A program made the translations under genes and the position numbers. A DNA stretch of 64,000 nt from an uncultured Gemmatimonadales bacterium (GTDB lineage Bacteria; Gemmatimonadota; Gemmatimonadetes; Gemmatimonadales; GWC2-71-9). The notes below the pieces were generated by a model. That model ran no database searches. It worked only from the letters and a program-made list of their open reading frames with translations, and was not told where the DNA came from. The stretch is from NCBI GenBank assembly GCA_963730185.1, contig CAVSQW010000007.1, positions 640,001-704,000 on the forward strand, in the 5' to 3' direction. Shown here piece by piece: positions 34,024-42,763 of this stretch; position 1 is the stretch's first letter, and every line of letters begins with the position of its first letter.

Positions 34024-35457
34024 ATGCGATTTCATAGATTCTCCAGATGGGCCGCCGGGCTGACGGTCGCCGCCTTCTCGGTGGTCCTCGTTGCCTGCGA
34101 CAGCATCCTGAAGGTCAACAATCCGCAGCAGATTCCGGTGGCGTCCCTGGACGACACCACCCTGATCGAGGCCCAGGTGGCCGGCGTCCTGGCCCAGTTC
34201 CAGGACGAGTACACCCGGAGCAACGGGGCGCTGCTCTGGAGCGCCAACTTCATTACCGACGAGCAGGTGACGGGGCTCAACTGGGAGGACTACGCCCGGG
34301 TCAACCAACGGATCGTGAACTACACCGAGGGACCGGTGCGGCTGATCTGGGCCGGGCTGAGCGGGATCATCCGCCAGTCCGAGGACGTGTCGGGTCGGAT
34401 CGAGGCGCTGCTCAGCGCGCAGGACAAGCGGCTGGCCCTGACCTCGGTGTACGCCGGGTACGGCTACACCCTGACCGGTGAAACGATGTGCATGGCGGTG
34501 TTTGGAACCGCCGAAAACCCGGGAACCGCAATCGAGACCCCGGACCAGATCTTCGCCCACGCGGTCCCCTGGTTCCAGAAAGCCATCTCGATCGGCGGCG
34601 CCACGGGGCAGACCGATCTCGTCAACCTGGCCCACGTCGGCCTGGCGCGCGCCTATCTCAGCATGGGCAACTTCGCCGGCGTCATTCAGGAAGCCTCGGC
34701 CGTCCCGTCGACCTTCCAGTACTGGGTCGAGTACTCGGCCTCGCAGACCGCGCTCAACGACGGCCTCTACGGCAACATCCACGGCGCCAACTTCAACATG
34801 GGCGTCTCGCCCTGGTTCCTGCAGGGCACGTTCGGCGATCTCGACATCATCGATACCCAGACCGATCCGCGGATTCAGCACGCCAAGGACTGGAAGAAGG
34901 GGCACAATGCCCTGACCCCACTCTACAAGCCCTACCAGGGGCTCCGGTTCAGCGGCTACACCGGCGAGACCCAGGCGCCGGCCTCGGCCGGCTGCCCGAA
35001 CTGCACCGGCGCGGTGGCGTCGTCGAGCGGCGACACCGGTCCGCTGCTGCTCTACCAGCAGGACACCCAGGTGCTGCTGGCCGACTACCTGGAAGCGCAG
35101 CACGACCTGATGGAAGCGACCCTCCGCTCGGGCGGAAGCGAGCAGGTGGTGCTCGACTTCGTGAACGCCCGACGGGCGGTAGGCAACGAGCCGCCGGTGA
35201 CGCTTTCCGGCTCGGCGCTCTTCGCGGAGCTCCGCCGCCAGCGCTCGCGGGACTTCTATCAGGGCGGGCTCCGGCTGGGCGATCTCCGGCGCTGGAAGCG
35301 GGACGGCGTAGGTGACTTCTTCCCGACCGGCAACCACGTGAACGTCGAGTGGGGCGCCTACAGCAACTGGACCTGCTACCCGCTCCCGCTGGAGGAATAC
35401 GAAGGGAACCCCGCCCTGCCCAAGCCGGCCGATCCCTTCACCCCGCCGGGCATCTGA
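34024..35457 (+). CDS. SusD/RagB family lipoprotein
   Basis: VLVA|CD lipobox; GLARAYL; ELRRQRSRDFYQGGLRLGDLRRW; PLPLEE...NP; directly follows susC-like gene. Confidence 0.9.
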   Translation: MRFHRFSRWAAGLTVAAFSVVLVACDSILKVNNPQQIPVASLDDTTLIEAQVAGVLAQFQDEYTRSNGALLWSANFITDEQVTGLNWEDYARVNQRIVNYTEGPVRLIWAGLSGIIRQSEDVSGRIEALLSAQDKRLALTSVYAGYGYTLTGETMCMAVFGTAENPGTAIETPDQIFAHAVPWFQKAISIGGATGQTDLVNLAHVGLARAYLSMGNFAGVIQEASAVPSTFQYWVEYSASQTALNDGLYGNIHGANFNMGVSPWFLQGTFGDLDIIDTQTDPRIQHAKDWKKGHNALTPLYKPYQGLRFSGYTGETQAPASAGCPNCTGAVASSSGDTGPLLLYQQDTQVLLADYLEAQHDLMEATLRSGGSEQVVLDFVNARRAVGNEPPVTLSGSALFAELRRQRSRDFYQGGLRLGDLRRWKRDGVGDFFPTGNHVNVEWGAYSNWTCYPLPLEEYEGNPALPKPADPFTPPGI

Positions 35458-35480
35458 CCCCGCGGTTCAACCGGGAACAG

Positions 35481-35524
35481 AGAGGGGTGGAAGGCCGGGC
35501 CAGGGCTTCCACCCCTTTCCTTTT
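35481..35524 (+). terminator. Hairpin / probable intrinsic terminator after susD-like gene
   Basis: GGGGTGGAAG...CTTCCACCCC 10-bp stem followed by TTTCCTTTT. Confidence 0.65.
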
Positions 35525-35542
35525 GGGGCGATCATCCAGGGT

Positions 35543-36409
35543 ATGACGCGGACCATCGTGGCGGCGGGGCTGGCCCTCGCCTGTGCCCATCCGCTCTGGG
35601 CGCAGCGAGTCCACGGCCAGCTGCGGGACCTCGAGACCAGGAAGCCGCTGGACGGCGGCCTGGTGACGCTGCGCACCGCCCGGGGCGAGCGGGTCGGGTC
35701 GGTGGCGGCGACCAACCAGGGCACCTTCGAGATCCTGGTGCCCGCCCCGGGCCTCTATTACGTGGAAGTGAACCGGCTGGGCTACCGTCTCCTTCGCGAC
35801 GGTCCGTTCGAGCTCGAGGCGGGCGGCGACCGGGAGGCGATCTACTCGCTCCAGCGCCAGGCCTTTCAGCTCGCCCCGATCGAGGTCAACGCGGCCCAAC
35901 CCAAGGCGCGGAGCACCTACCTCGAGGAGGTGGGCTTCTACGAACGACAGAAGTCGGACTTCGGGCACTTCATCACCCGCGAGGAAATCGAGCGACGCCA
36001 GGCTCACCGGTTCACGGACCTGCTCCGGCTCATCCCAGGCGTGGGGATCCAAGACAACGGGAACGGAAGCGGGTCGAGTATCCAGCTTCGGGGATCGATG
36101 CTCTCGCTCGGTGGGGCCTGTCATCCTCAGGTGATCGTGGACGGGCTAATCGTGATGCGGGGCACCGCTCGCCCGTGGCGTCCCGCCAACGCGCGTCCCG
36201 AGGACCGGGCCACCGAACAGTCGCTTCCCGCGCTCGATCCCGACCGCGAGCAGGTTTCGATCGACGACGTGGTCATGCCGGACGACGTGGAGGCGATCGA
36301 GGTGTTCCGGAGCGGCGTCCAGGTACCGGTTCGCTTCGGGGGCACCAGCACCTCCACCCAGTGCGGCGTGGTCGTGATCTGGACTCGGCGAGGCCACCGC
36401 GACTCGTGA
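35543..36409 (+). CDS. Secreted carboxypeptidase-regulatory-like + TonB plug-domain protein (no barrel)
   Basis: Signal peptide; GFYERQK..FGHFITREEI; TDLLRLIPGV; VEAIEVF; CGVVVIWTR. Confidence 0.8.
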   Translation: MTRTIVAAGLALACAHPLWAQRVHGQLRDLETRKPLDGGLVTLRTARGERVGSVAATNQGTFEILVPAPGLYYVEVNRLGYRLLRDGPFELEAGGDREAIYSLQRQAFQLAPIEVNAAQPKARSTYLEEVGFYERQKSDFGHFITREEIERRQAHRFTDLLRLIPGVGIQDNGNGSGSSIQLRGSMLSLGGACHPQVIVDGLIVMRGTARPWRPANARPEDRATEQSLPALDPDREQVSIDDVVMPDDVEAIEVFRSGVQVPVRFGGTSTSTQCGVVVIWTRRGHRDS

Positions 36410-37608
36410 CGCAACCGATCGTTCCCGGACCCCGGTCGGCCCCGGTTCCCTGGCTGCTGACCGGGGCGCTGGCCGTGGTGCTGGCCTGCAGCCATCCCGC
36501 AACCGAGGCCGCGACTGGCGAGCCCGGTACCCCGATCGCGGGGCTTTCGCCCGCCGAGCTGGGGCGGTTCAAGGCGGGCGAGGCACTCTTCAACACCGTG
36601 TTCAATCCCGATCAAGGCCTGGGGCCCGCCTTCAACGAGAACCAGTGCAGCGCCTGCCACACCTCGCCGGCCAGCGGGGGAGTAGGCGGCGAGCGGATCC
36701 TCAAGGCGACCCGGTACGACGCCTCGACCGGCTGCGACCTGCTCGTGGCCCAGGGGGGCGAGAACGTCCGCCGGAAGGTCACCCGACCGGCGGCCGCCGG
36801 CGGGATCCCTCGCGAGTCGGTCCCCGACGGCGCCACGCCCGGTCACTTCACGGCTCCGTCGCTCTATGGGATCGGATTGGTCGATGCCGTGCCCCAGGCC
36901 GAGGTCGACGCGTTGGCCGATCCCGACGACCGGGACGGCGATGGGATTTCCGGCCGGGTCGGACGGACACCCGAGGGGCGGCCCGGGCGGTTCGGCCGGA
37001 AGGCCGACGTGGCCACCGTCGCCGACTTCGTGGCCTCCGCGCTCTATCTCGAGATGGGGCTCACCACCAGCCGGCACCCGGCCGACGAGGTCCAGGGCGC
37101 TCCGCCCCCACCCGCCACCGATCCGGGGCATGACCCGGAGGTCGACGACGCGTCGATGGCGTTGCTGGTGAGCTACGTCCGGCTCCTGGCGCCACCGGGC
37201 CGAGGCGCGCCACCCCCCGGGTGGACGGCCGAGTCGGTGGAGCGGGGGGAGCAGATCTTCGGCGCCATCGGCTGCAACCGATGCCACGTGCCGTCGCTCA
37301 CGACCGGCCCGGATTCCGCGCCGGCCCTGGCCCGGAAGCGGATCGCGCTCTACTCCGACCTGCTTCTCCACGACATGGGGCCCGGACTGGCCGACGTCTG
37401 CGGTCCAGGCGCCACGCCGTCCGAGATCCGGACCGAGGCCCTGATGGGAATCCGCTACCGCGACCTGCTGATGCACGACGGCCGGACCAGCAACCTCCGC
37501 CAGGCGGTGGAGCTGCACGACGGCGAGGCCCGACCCGCTCGGGATGCGTTCCGGGCGCTCTCGGCGGCCCAGCAGGCGGAGCTGATCGCCTTCCTCAAGA
37601 CGCTCTGA
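36406..37608 (+). CDS. Di-haem oxidoreductase family (DHOR/DUF1111-like) lipoprotein
   Basis: VLA|C lipobox; GLGPAFN..CSACH; DPDDRDGDGISGR; GRFGRKA; GCNRCH; YSDLLLHDMG; MHDGR. Confidence 0.9.
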   Translation: MTQPIVPGPRSAPVPWLLTGALAVVLACSHPATEAATGEPGTPIAGLSPAELGRFKAGEALFNTVFNPDQGLGPAFNENQCSACHTSPASGGVGGERILKATRYDASTGCDLLVAQGGENVRRKVTRPAAAGGIPRESVPDGATPGHFTAPSLYGIGLVDAVPQAEVDALADPDDRDGDGISGRVGRTPEGRPGRFGRKADVATVADFVASALYLEMGLTTSRHPADEVQGAPPPPATDPGHDPEVDDASMALLVSYVRLLAPPGRGAPPPGWTAESVERGEQIFGAIGCNRCHVPSLTTGPDSAPALARKRIALYSDLLLHDMGPGLADVCGPGATPSEIRTEALMGIRYRDLLMHDGRTSNLRQAVELHDGEARPARDAFRALSAAQQAELIAFLKTL

Positions 37609-37643
37609 ATTCGACCCCGCCCCGGCCGCGTCCGGCCGTTTGC

Positions 37644-38174
37644 CTACGGCCGGCGCACCGGGAGGCCCATCGAGTGGCAGGAAATCTGGGCCCCCGCCGG
37701 AACGACCACCTTGGTGTCGATCGCGTCGTTGCCGCGCTGGCTCGGATCCTCCTCGTACGGCTGGATGGTCTCGGCCACGGCACCGTGGAGGTCGTACGTC
37801 GTCCGGCCGATCCGCGGCGGCCGCGTGAACTGCATGGCCGTCGCGCCCCGATAGAAGAACTCGATCGCCACCGGCGTGACCGCGTGACCCTGGGTGGGCG
37901 GCTGGATCGTGACCGAGCGGTTGCAGATCTCCTGGCCGCCGGCCCCGTTCCGGGCGTTGACCCAGGCCAGGATCGGGTGGGTCCCGGGTGCGCCGCTGTT
38001 GCCGACCGTGAGGATCACCCGGATCATCATCCCGCCCGGCACCGAATGAGCCGGCGGGTTGGTGCCGTTGCCCCCTCCGGAGAGTCCGACCCAAAAGTCG
38101 GGGCCCGCCGAGACCCAACTGAGGCTGGCGAGCACGGCCGCGAGGCCAAGGATGGAGTGCCGTAGATTGGGCAT
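37644..38174 (-). CDS. Secreted hypothetical protein with possible CARDB/Ig-like fold
   Basis: Signal MPNLRHSILGLAAVLASLSWVSA|; PDFWV...LTVGNSG...EEDPSQRGND pattern; two Cys. Confidence 0.65.
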   Translation of the reverse strand: MPNLRHSILGLAAVLASLSWVSAGPDFWVGLSGGGNGTNPPAHSVPGGMMIRVILTVGNSGAPGTHPILAWVNARNGAGGQEICNRSVTIQPPTQGHAVTPVAIEFFYRGATAMQFTRPPRIGRTTYDLHGAVAETIQPYEEDPSQRGNDAIDTKVVVPAGAQISCHSMGLPVRRP

Positions 38175-38176
38175 GT

Positions 38177-38653
38177 TCACTTGTCCGGTGGATCGGGACA
38201 GTCGTAGGTGCAGCTGAGCTCGGTGTCGCTTCCGGAGACCCCGGTGATGAAGCACTGGACGCCGGCCACGGAGAGCGGCGGACACGCGACGATCGGACCG
38301 CCGGGGGTGCGGTGAAGCTTGACGATGACGGTCGCGGCGTTGGGGGCGTTGGCTGTCGTCGAGGGGATGGCCGGCACGACCCGACGGTGGATGGGGACGG
38401 AGTACTTGGCACCCCAGGCCACCAGGGCGCTGTGGATCGGTCCGAGCCGCTGGTTGATCAGCGCGATCGTGAGACTGGACCGGGGCAGGTTGGCAATGGC
38501 CGTCGTGGCCTGGGCGCGGATCGCCGAGAGGTCGCGGTCCCGGGGCTGGATCGAGGGGGCGACGGGGTGGCGCTGCGCCAGCGCGGGAGTCGCTACCGTC
38601 GACCCCAACCCGGCGAGGAGGAGCATCACGATCGGCATTCTGGAGACCGGCAT
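38177..38653 (-). CDS. Secreted 4-Cys protein, paralog 3
   Basis: Signal ending PALA|Q; LGPIHSALVAWGAKYSV; C-terminus CPP..QCFI...LSCTYDCPD. Confidence 0.8.
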   Translation of the reverse strand: MPVSRMPIVMLLLAGLGSTVATPALAQRHPVAPSIQPRDRDLSAIRAQATTAIANLPRSSLTIALINQRLGPIHSALVAWGAKYSVPIHRRVVPAIPSTTANAPNAATVIVKLHRTPGGPIVACPPLSVAGVQCFITGVSGSDTELSCTYDCPDPPDK

Positions 38654-38666
38654 CGAAAGCCTCGCT

Positions 38667-39164
38667 TCACGGGTTGAGGGTATCGGGGCAGTCGTAGACG
38701 CAGATCAAAGTGTTGTTGACGATTTGGGCGTCGGTGATGCCGCAGGGCATCCCCGTGCTGGCCCATTCCATCGGGCAGGTGGCCGTTCCGCCGTGGGGAA
38801 TGTCCACCGTGACGATCTTGGTGCTGGCGATCGGCCGGTTACCGGCCAGCCTGGTGGCCGGAACCCGGTGGGTGGTGAGCTTGACGTGGTACCGGGCGGC
38901 CCAGGCGGCCAGCGAGGTTCGAACCGGCGCCAGTTTGGCGGTCAAGGTGGCGGCGGTGAGGCCCTTCTGGGTCGCGAGCTGGGCATAGAGGGTGCGCGCC
39001 GAGCCGATCAGCGTCTGGTAGTCGTGGTCGCGGGCGGCGGTCGAGGCGGCCGGACCGGTGGGACGATGGACCTGGGCCCCGGCGGTGGCCGCGCCGGTCA
39101 GGAGGAGGAGCGTGGCGAGTTGGCCCACGCGATGGACTCGGTGACCTCGTTCGGGTGCCGGCAT
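38667..39164 (-). CDS. Secreted 4-Cys protein, paralog 2
   Basis: Signal ending AGA|Q; LAPVRTSLAAWAARYHV; CPM..PCGI...LICVYDCPD; ATG overlaps the paralog 1 stop (TGATG). Confidence 0.8.
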   Translation of the reverse strand: MPAPERGHRVHRVGQLATLLLLTGAATAGAQVHRPTGPAASTAARDHDYQTLIGSARTLYAQLATQKGLTAATLTAKLAPVRTSLAAWAARYHVKLTTHRVPATRLAGNRPIASTKIVTVDIPHGGTATCPMEWASTGMPCGITDAQIVNNTLICVYDCPDTLNP

Positions 39165-39685
39165 CACATCTCCGCTGGTTGATTGTCGGGGCATTCGTAG
39201 ATGCAGTAGAGCTGCGATCCCTCCCGGTCGACCGCCACGAGGGTGCAGGGATGGCCGTCCGGTCCGGACGGATCACAGTCGACCGTGCCACCGTTCAGGT
39301 CGATGATCTTGATGACCGTGGCCGCGTTCGGGAGCCCGCTCTTCCCGCCGGGCGGTTCGCGGTTGGCGGTGATCACCTTGTGGGTTTTCAGCACGACGTG
39401 GTAACGGGAGGCCCAGGCCTCGAGGCTGGCCCGCACCGGCCCTAGCAGGGCGGTGATCCGGGCCGGTGCGAGCCGACCCATCCCGGCGATCCGGGCTCTC
39501 GTGCCCCTCGCCTGCTTCATGATGTCGAGGTACTGAGATTTCTGGGGCGCGCTCCACGCCGGCGGACGTAGGGCGCGGGGTTGCGCCAGGACGGGCACGG
39601 CCAGAATGGCGCCCAGCAGGACGCCGGCGAGGCCGGGCCGACCGATCAGGCTGCCGAAACGGATCATGGGGTCTCCTGGGCTCAT
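39164..39685 (-). CDS. Secreted 4-Cys protein, paralog 1
   Basis: Signal ending PVLA|Q; LGPVRASLEAWASRYHV; CDP..PCTL...LYCIYECPD. Alternative start at 39667. Confidence 0.8.
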   Translation of the reverse strand: MSPGDPMIRFGSLIGRPGLAGVLLGAILAVPVLAQPRALRPPAWSAPQKSQYLDIMKQARGTRARIAGMGRLAPARITALLGPVRASLEAWASRYHVVLKTHKVITANREPPGGKSGLPNAATVIKIIDLNGGTVDCDPSGPDGHPCTLVAVDREGSQLYCIYECPDNQPAEM

Positions 39686-40046
39686 GGTGAAGGTTCGCTC
39701 GCTCGGCGGCCGTCCTGCCTGGCCCGAATCCGCCGCCCCATGATAGGACCGGCGTCTCACACGGCTCTCATTGCCGGATCAACCTGTGTCAACAGGTTGC
39801 CACTTCGGGTCTTGGGGAGTTCGACCGGGCGAGGAACGGGACCCCACGGATCGGCGCGCCATCCAGCGACGGCGGATCTGCCGCTTGACGCCGGGGCGCC
39901 CCATTCGCCGTCGTGGGTACCGTCGTGCCGGCGGCGACGGGGCGGAGGTCGTCGCGCAGCTGTTGGATGCCGGGAGCGGGACCGCCGCTCAGGCCTTCTC
40001 GGCGAGCCAGCCGACCTGGGAGTTGTGGGCGGCCCCCGGCTACGCC

Positions 40047-40075
40047 TAGACAGGCTGCCTATCGATAGGTAGAAT
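40047..40075 (+). promoter_or_regulatory. sigma70 promoter of padR with palindromic operator in the spacer
   Basis: TAGACA-N17-TAGAAT; perfect palindrome CCTATCGATAGG at 40058-40069; ATG 8 nt downstream, so likely leaderless. Confidence 0.7.
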
Positions 40076-40083
40076 GTCTTGGT

Positions 40084-40422
40084 ATGAGTCCCGATCGCCG
40101 TCGCGCCGACATCCTCCAGGGCATGCTGGACATGCTGATCCTCAAGACGGTGGCCGACGAGCCGCTCCATGGCTACGCCGTGGCCCAGCGGATTCGGCTG
40201 CTCTCGGGCGACCGGCTCCAGATTCCGCAAGGCTCGCTCTACCCCGCGCTTCACCGGCTCGAGCTGAAGGGCTTTCTCAAGAGCCAGTGGGCCGCGACCG
40301 AGACCGGTCGGGACGCCAAGTTCTATCGGTTGACCCCCAAAGGACGCCGCCAGCTCGACGCGGAACTGTCGGGCTGGCGGGAGCTGTCGGTCGCGATCTC
40401 TCTGGTATTGGGCGCGACCTGA
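40084..40422 (+). CDS. PadR-family transcriptional regulator (acidobacterial type)
   Basis: LQGMLDMLILK...LHGYAVAQRI...QGSLYPALHRLE...GRDAKFYRLTPKG. Confidence 0.93.
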   Translation: MSPDRRRADILQGMLDMLILKTVADEPLHGYAVAQRIRLLSGDRLQIPQGSLYPALHRLELKGFLKSQWAATETGRDAKFYRLTPKGRRQLDAELSGWRELSVAISLVLGAT

Positions 40423-40426
40423 TCGG

Positions 40427-40813
40427 TCAGCGGGGAACGAGGCCGAGCAGGCGGCCGGTGTTGCACTCGATCCGGAGCAGCTCGTCGAGGCCGGCGCCGT
40501 AGCGGCCCGGCGGTCCTGCGTAGTCGCCCACCCCCCCGGCGGACCGGACCAGCCGGGCCACTCCCCGATCCCGCGGATCGATCAGCGGTGAGAGACATCC
40601 GCTCCCGGCCAGCGTGTCGGCCGGTTGCAGCAGCGCTCGACGGTTACCGGGCTCGAATCGGGCCGGGGCCCCGCTGGCAGGCCGGACGGACTCGGGCCCG
40701 GGCATGGTTTCGGGACCGTGGTGCCCGCAGCCGAGAGCTCCCGCCAGCAGCGACGACACGATCACCGCCGCGATCCGACGCGCGCCGCGACCGATGAGCT
40801 CGCTCGAAGTCAT
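40427..40813 (-). CDS. Hypothetical small lipoprotein
   Basis: GGAGG RBS; LAGALG|C lipobox; CLSPLIDPRD...GDY...GRYG...LLRIEC. Confidence 0.7.
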   Translation of the reverse strand: MTSSELIGRGARRIAAVIVSSLLAGALGCGHHGPETMPGPESVRPASGAPARFEPGNRRALLQPADTLAGSGCLSPLIDPRDRGVARLVRSAGGVGDYAGPPGRYGAGLDELLRIECNTGRLLGLVPR

Positions 40814-40873
40814 GGATTGCCTCCTGACGTTCGATCAAGCTGGCTGGTTGCCCTGGGATGTCAACCGGGAAAT

Positions 40874-40950
40874 AGGGACTGGTGAGTCGGGAGTCGTGAG
40901 TGGGGAGGGAACAGGGACTGGGGACTAGGGGGGTCGAAGGGTCGAGGGAC
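40874..40950. repeat. Degenerate heptamer tandem repeat (nGGGAST / nGTGAGT)
   Basis: AGGGACT GGTGAGT CGGGAGT CGTGAGT GGGGAGG .. AGGGACT GGGGACT in an intergenic spacer. Confidence 0.7.
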
Positions 40951-42011
40951 TACGGCAGGCGGACGGCGGAGTAGGTGAAGGGCGTGCCCCGGTCGTTGCC
41001 GCTGCCGGTGTGATCGCCGCGGACCCAATGGGGGAAGACGGCGCCGCCGACCTGAGTGAGGGTGTAGGTGCCGTCGCCGTTGTCCACCAGACTCTCGACG
41101 AACGAGTCGGGGGTGAACTTCGGGTCCCATGGCATGTCCTCGACGTAGAAGCGGCGGAAGTAGCCGCCCACGAAGCGACCGCTGCCCAGCTCGAACATCA
41201 GGCCGACGGTGGCGGCGTCGTTGACCCGGTACCGCTCGACGGCCGGCGGACTGGTGCCCGGCACCGCGACGATGGTGGTGTAGGCCGCGCACACGAAGGG
41301 GTCGGTGGCCGCGGCCGGGGTGCAGTTGATCCCTCCGCCGGCCTCGGCGGTGGTTGGGTCGGCCAGCGCGGCGTAGGCGATGTCGCGGATGTCGAAGTAG
41401 AGCCGGAGCACGACCGGAATCGCGATCGTGTCCGACACGACCAGCGCCGGCACGATATCGAAGGCGGCGCCGCACCCGTGAAACCGCACCGGCACCGGCT
41501 GGGGTGTCCCGGTCGGGGCCAGGTTGCCGGCGGTCTGGGTCACGTAGCCGACTCCCCCGATGGTCGTCGTGCCCGTCAGATAGGCGTTCCACTCGGTCTC
41601 GGCGTTGCCACAGTAGCTGACGACGACCTGATCGTAGGTGCCGACCGGGACCGACACGGGGTCGGTGCTGAGCAGAGTGGACAGCTCGGGGCCGTTGAGC
41701 TCCACCAGGCAGTCGTCGGCCACCAGGCCGCTGCACTCGTAGAGCGGCGCGTCGCTGGTGCCCGACCCCCGGATCTCGATCCGGGTAATCGGGCTCTTGA
41801 GGGAGCTCAGGCTCACCTGGCTGGTCCAGGGAATGGTGCCCGGCGGGGTCGCCGCCGGGCCCGTCTGCACGATCGGGGATGCGCTGGCGTTCCCACCCAA
41901 CCGGACCAGCTCGGCGTGGACCGAGACATCGGAGCTTCCGCCGCCGCAGGCGGCAAGCACGACGGAGGCCGAGAGGACCAGCACCGGACACCAGCGGGAA
42001 GAAGCATTCAT
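40950..42011 (-). CDS. Hypothetical Cys-containing beta-rich lipoprotein
   Basis: MNASSRWCPVLVLSASVVLAA|CGGG lipobox; coding bias through to TAG 40950. Confidence 0.75.
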   Translation of the reverse strand: MNASSRWCPVLVLSASVVLAACGGGSSDVSVHAELVRLGGNASASPIVQTGPAATPPGTIPWTSQVSLSSLKSPITRIEIRGSGTSDAPLYECSGLVADDCLVELNGPELSTLLSTDPVSVPVGTYDQVVVSYCGNAETEWNAYLTGTTTIGGVGYVTQTAGNLAPTGTPQPVPVRFHGCGAAFDIVPALVVSDTIAIPVVLRLYFDIRDIAYAALADPTTAEAGGGINCTPAAATDPFVCAAYTTIVAVPGTSPPAVERYRVNDAATVGLMFELGSGRFVGGYFRRFYVEDMPWDPKFTPDSFVESLVDNGDGTYTLTQVGGAVFPHWVRGDHTGSGNDRGTPFTYSAVRLP

Positions 42012-42043
42012 ACCGACGCAAGCTAGGAACGGCGCTCCCGTCC

Positions 42044-42067
42044 GCCATCGCATCATCATGCGATGGC
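42044..42067. promoter_or_regulatory. Perfect 10-bp inverted repeat, candidate NarL-type operator
   Basis: GCCATCGCAT-CATC-ATGCGATGGC between the response regulator stop and the lipoprotein start; no U-tract. Confidence 0.55.
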
Positions 42068-42070
42068 CCG

Positions 42071-42763
42071 CTACACCAGTCCCTCCCGGATGGCCCGGCT
42101 CACCGCCTCGGCCACACTGTGCACCTGGAGCTTGGAGTAGACCCGCCGGACGTGGCTGCGGACGGTGTCGAGGCTGATCCCGAGCTGGTCGGCCACCCGC
42201 TGATAGGTAAGCCCCTGCACCAAGAGCCCGAGGACATCCTGTTCCCGCTGGGTCAGGCTCAGCCGGGTCCCGGGCGCCGCCCCGTCGGCCGGTGGGCTCT
42301 CCGCCGGCCGGGGGCGCCCGGCGGGGGTCCGGAGCAGGGTGAGCACCGTCCGAGCCACGCCCGCCGAGAGCGGGGCACCGCCCGCCATGACGGAGCGGAG
42401 CTCGGCCAGCATGTCGGCGGGCGGGGCCCGCTTGGTGAGGTAGCCGTCGGCGCCGGCGCAGATGGCTTCGAGCACCGTGTCGGCGTCCTCGAGGACGGTG
42501 AGGACCACGACCTTGATGCCGGTCATCCGGACGGCGAGGGCCCGGATACAGTCGATGCCGGTGGCGCCCGGCAGGTCCAGGTCCACCAGCGCCAGGTCCC
42601 ACCCGCGCTCCGGTGGCCCGCCGGCGCCCGGGAGGGCCGCCAGGAGGTCCTCGCCGGTGGCGAACGAGGCGGCCAGCTCGAAGCCGTCGGCGTGGCCGAA
42701 CAGGGTGGCCAGGCTGGCCCGGTACCGGTGGTCGTCCTCTACCGCGACGACGCGAATCGTCAT
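42071..42763 (-). CDS. NarL/LuxR-family response regulator
   Basis: VAVEDD, LVDLDLPG, GADGYLTK, LTQREQDVL...TVRSHVRRVYSKLQV. Confidence 0.95.
   Translation of the reverse strand: MTIRVVAVEDDHRYRASLATLFGHADGFELAASFATGEDLLAALPGAGGPPERGWDLALVDLDLPGATGIDCIRALAVRMTGIKVVVLTVLEDADTVLEAICAGADGYLTKRAPPADMLAELRSVMAGGAPLSAGVARTVLTLLRTPAGRPRPAESPPADGAAPGTRLSLTQREQDVLGLLVQGLTYQRVADQLGISLDTVRSHVRRVYSKLQVHSVAEAVSRAIREGLV

Noticed and set aside
30873..34025. 1050-aa antisense ORF and similar long shadow ORFs (e.g. 1548..3668, 21720..23798, 47100..48914)
   Set aside because: Antisense mirrors of real genes, caused by high GC3 and few stop codons; no recognisable motifs.
37644..39685. Cys-rich paralogs as classical RiPP precursors
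   Set aside because: No radical SAM, YcaO, LanM or DUF692 enzyme adjacent, and the di-haem gene is convergent in another operon. Kept only as an unknown secreted family.
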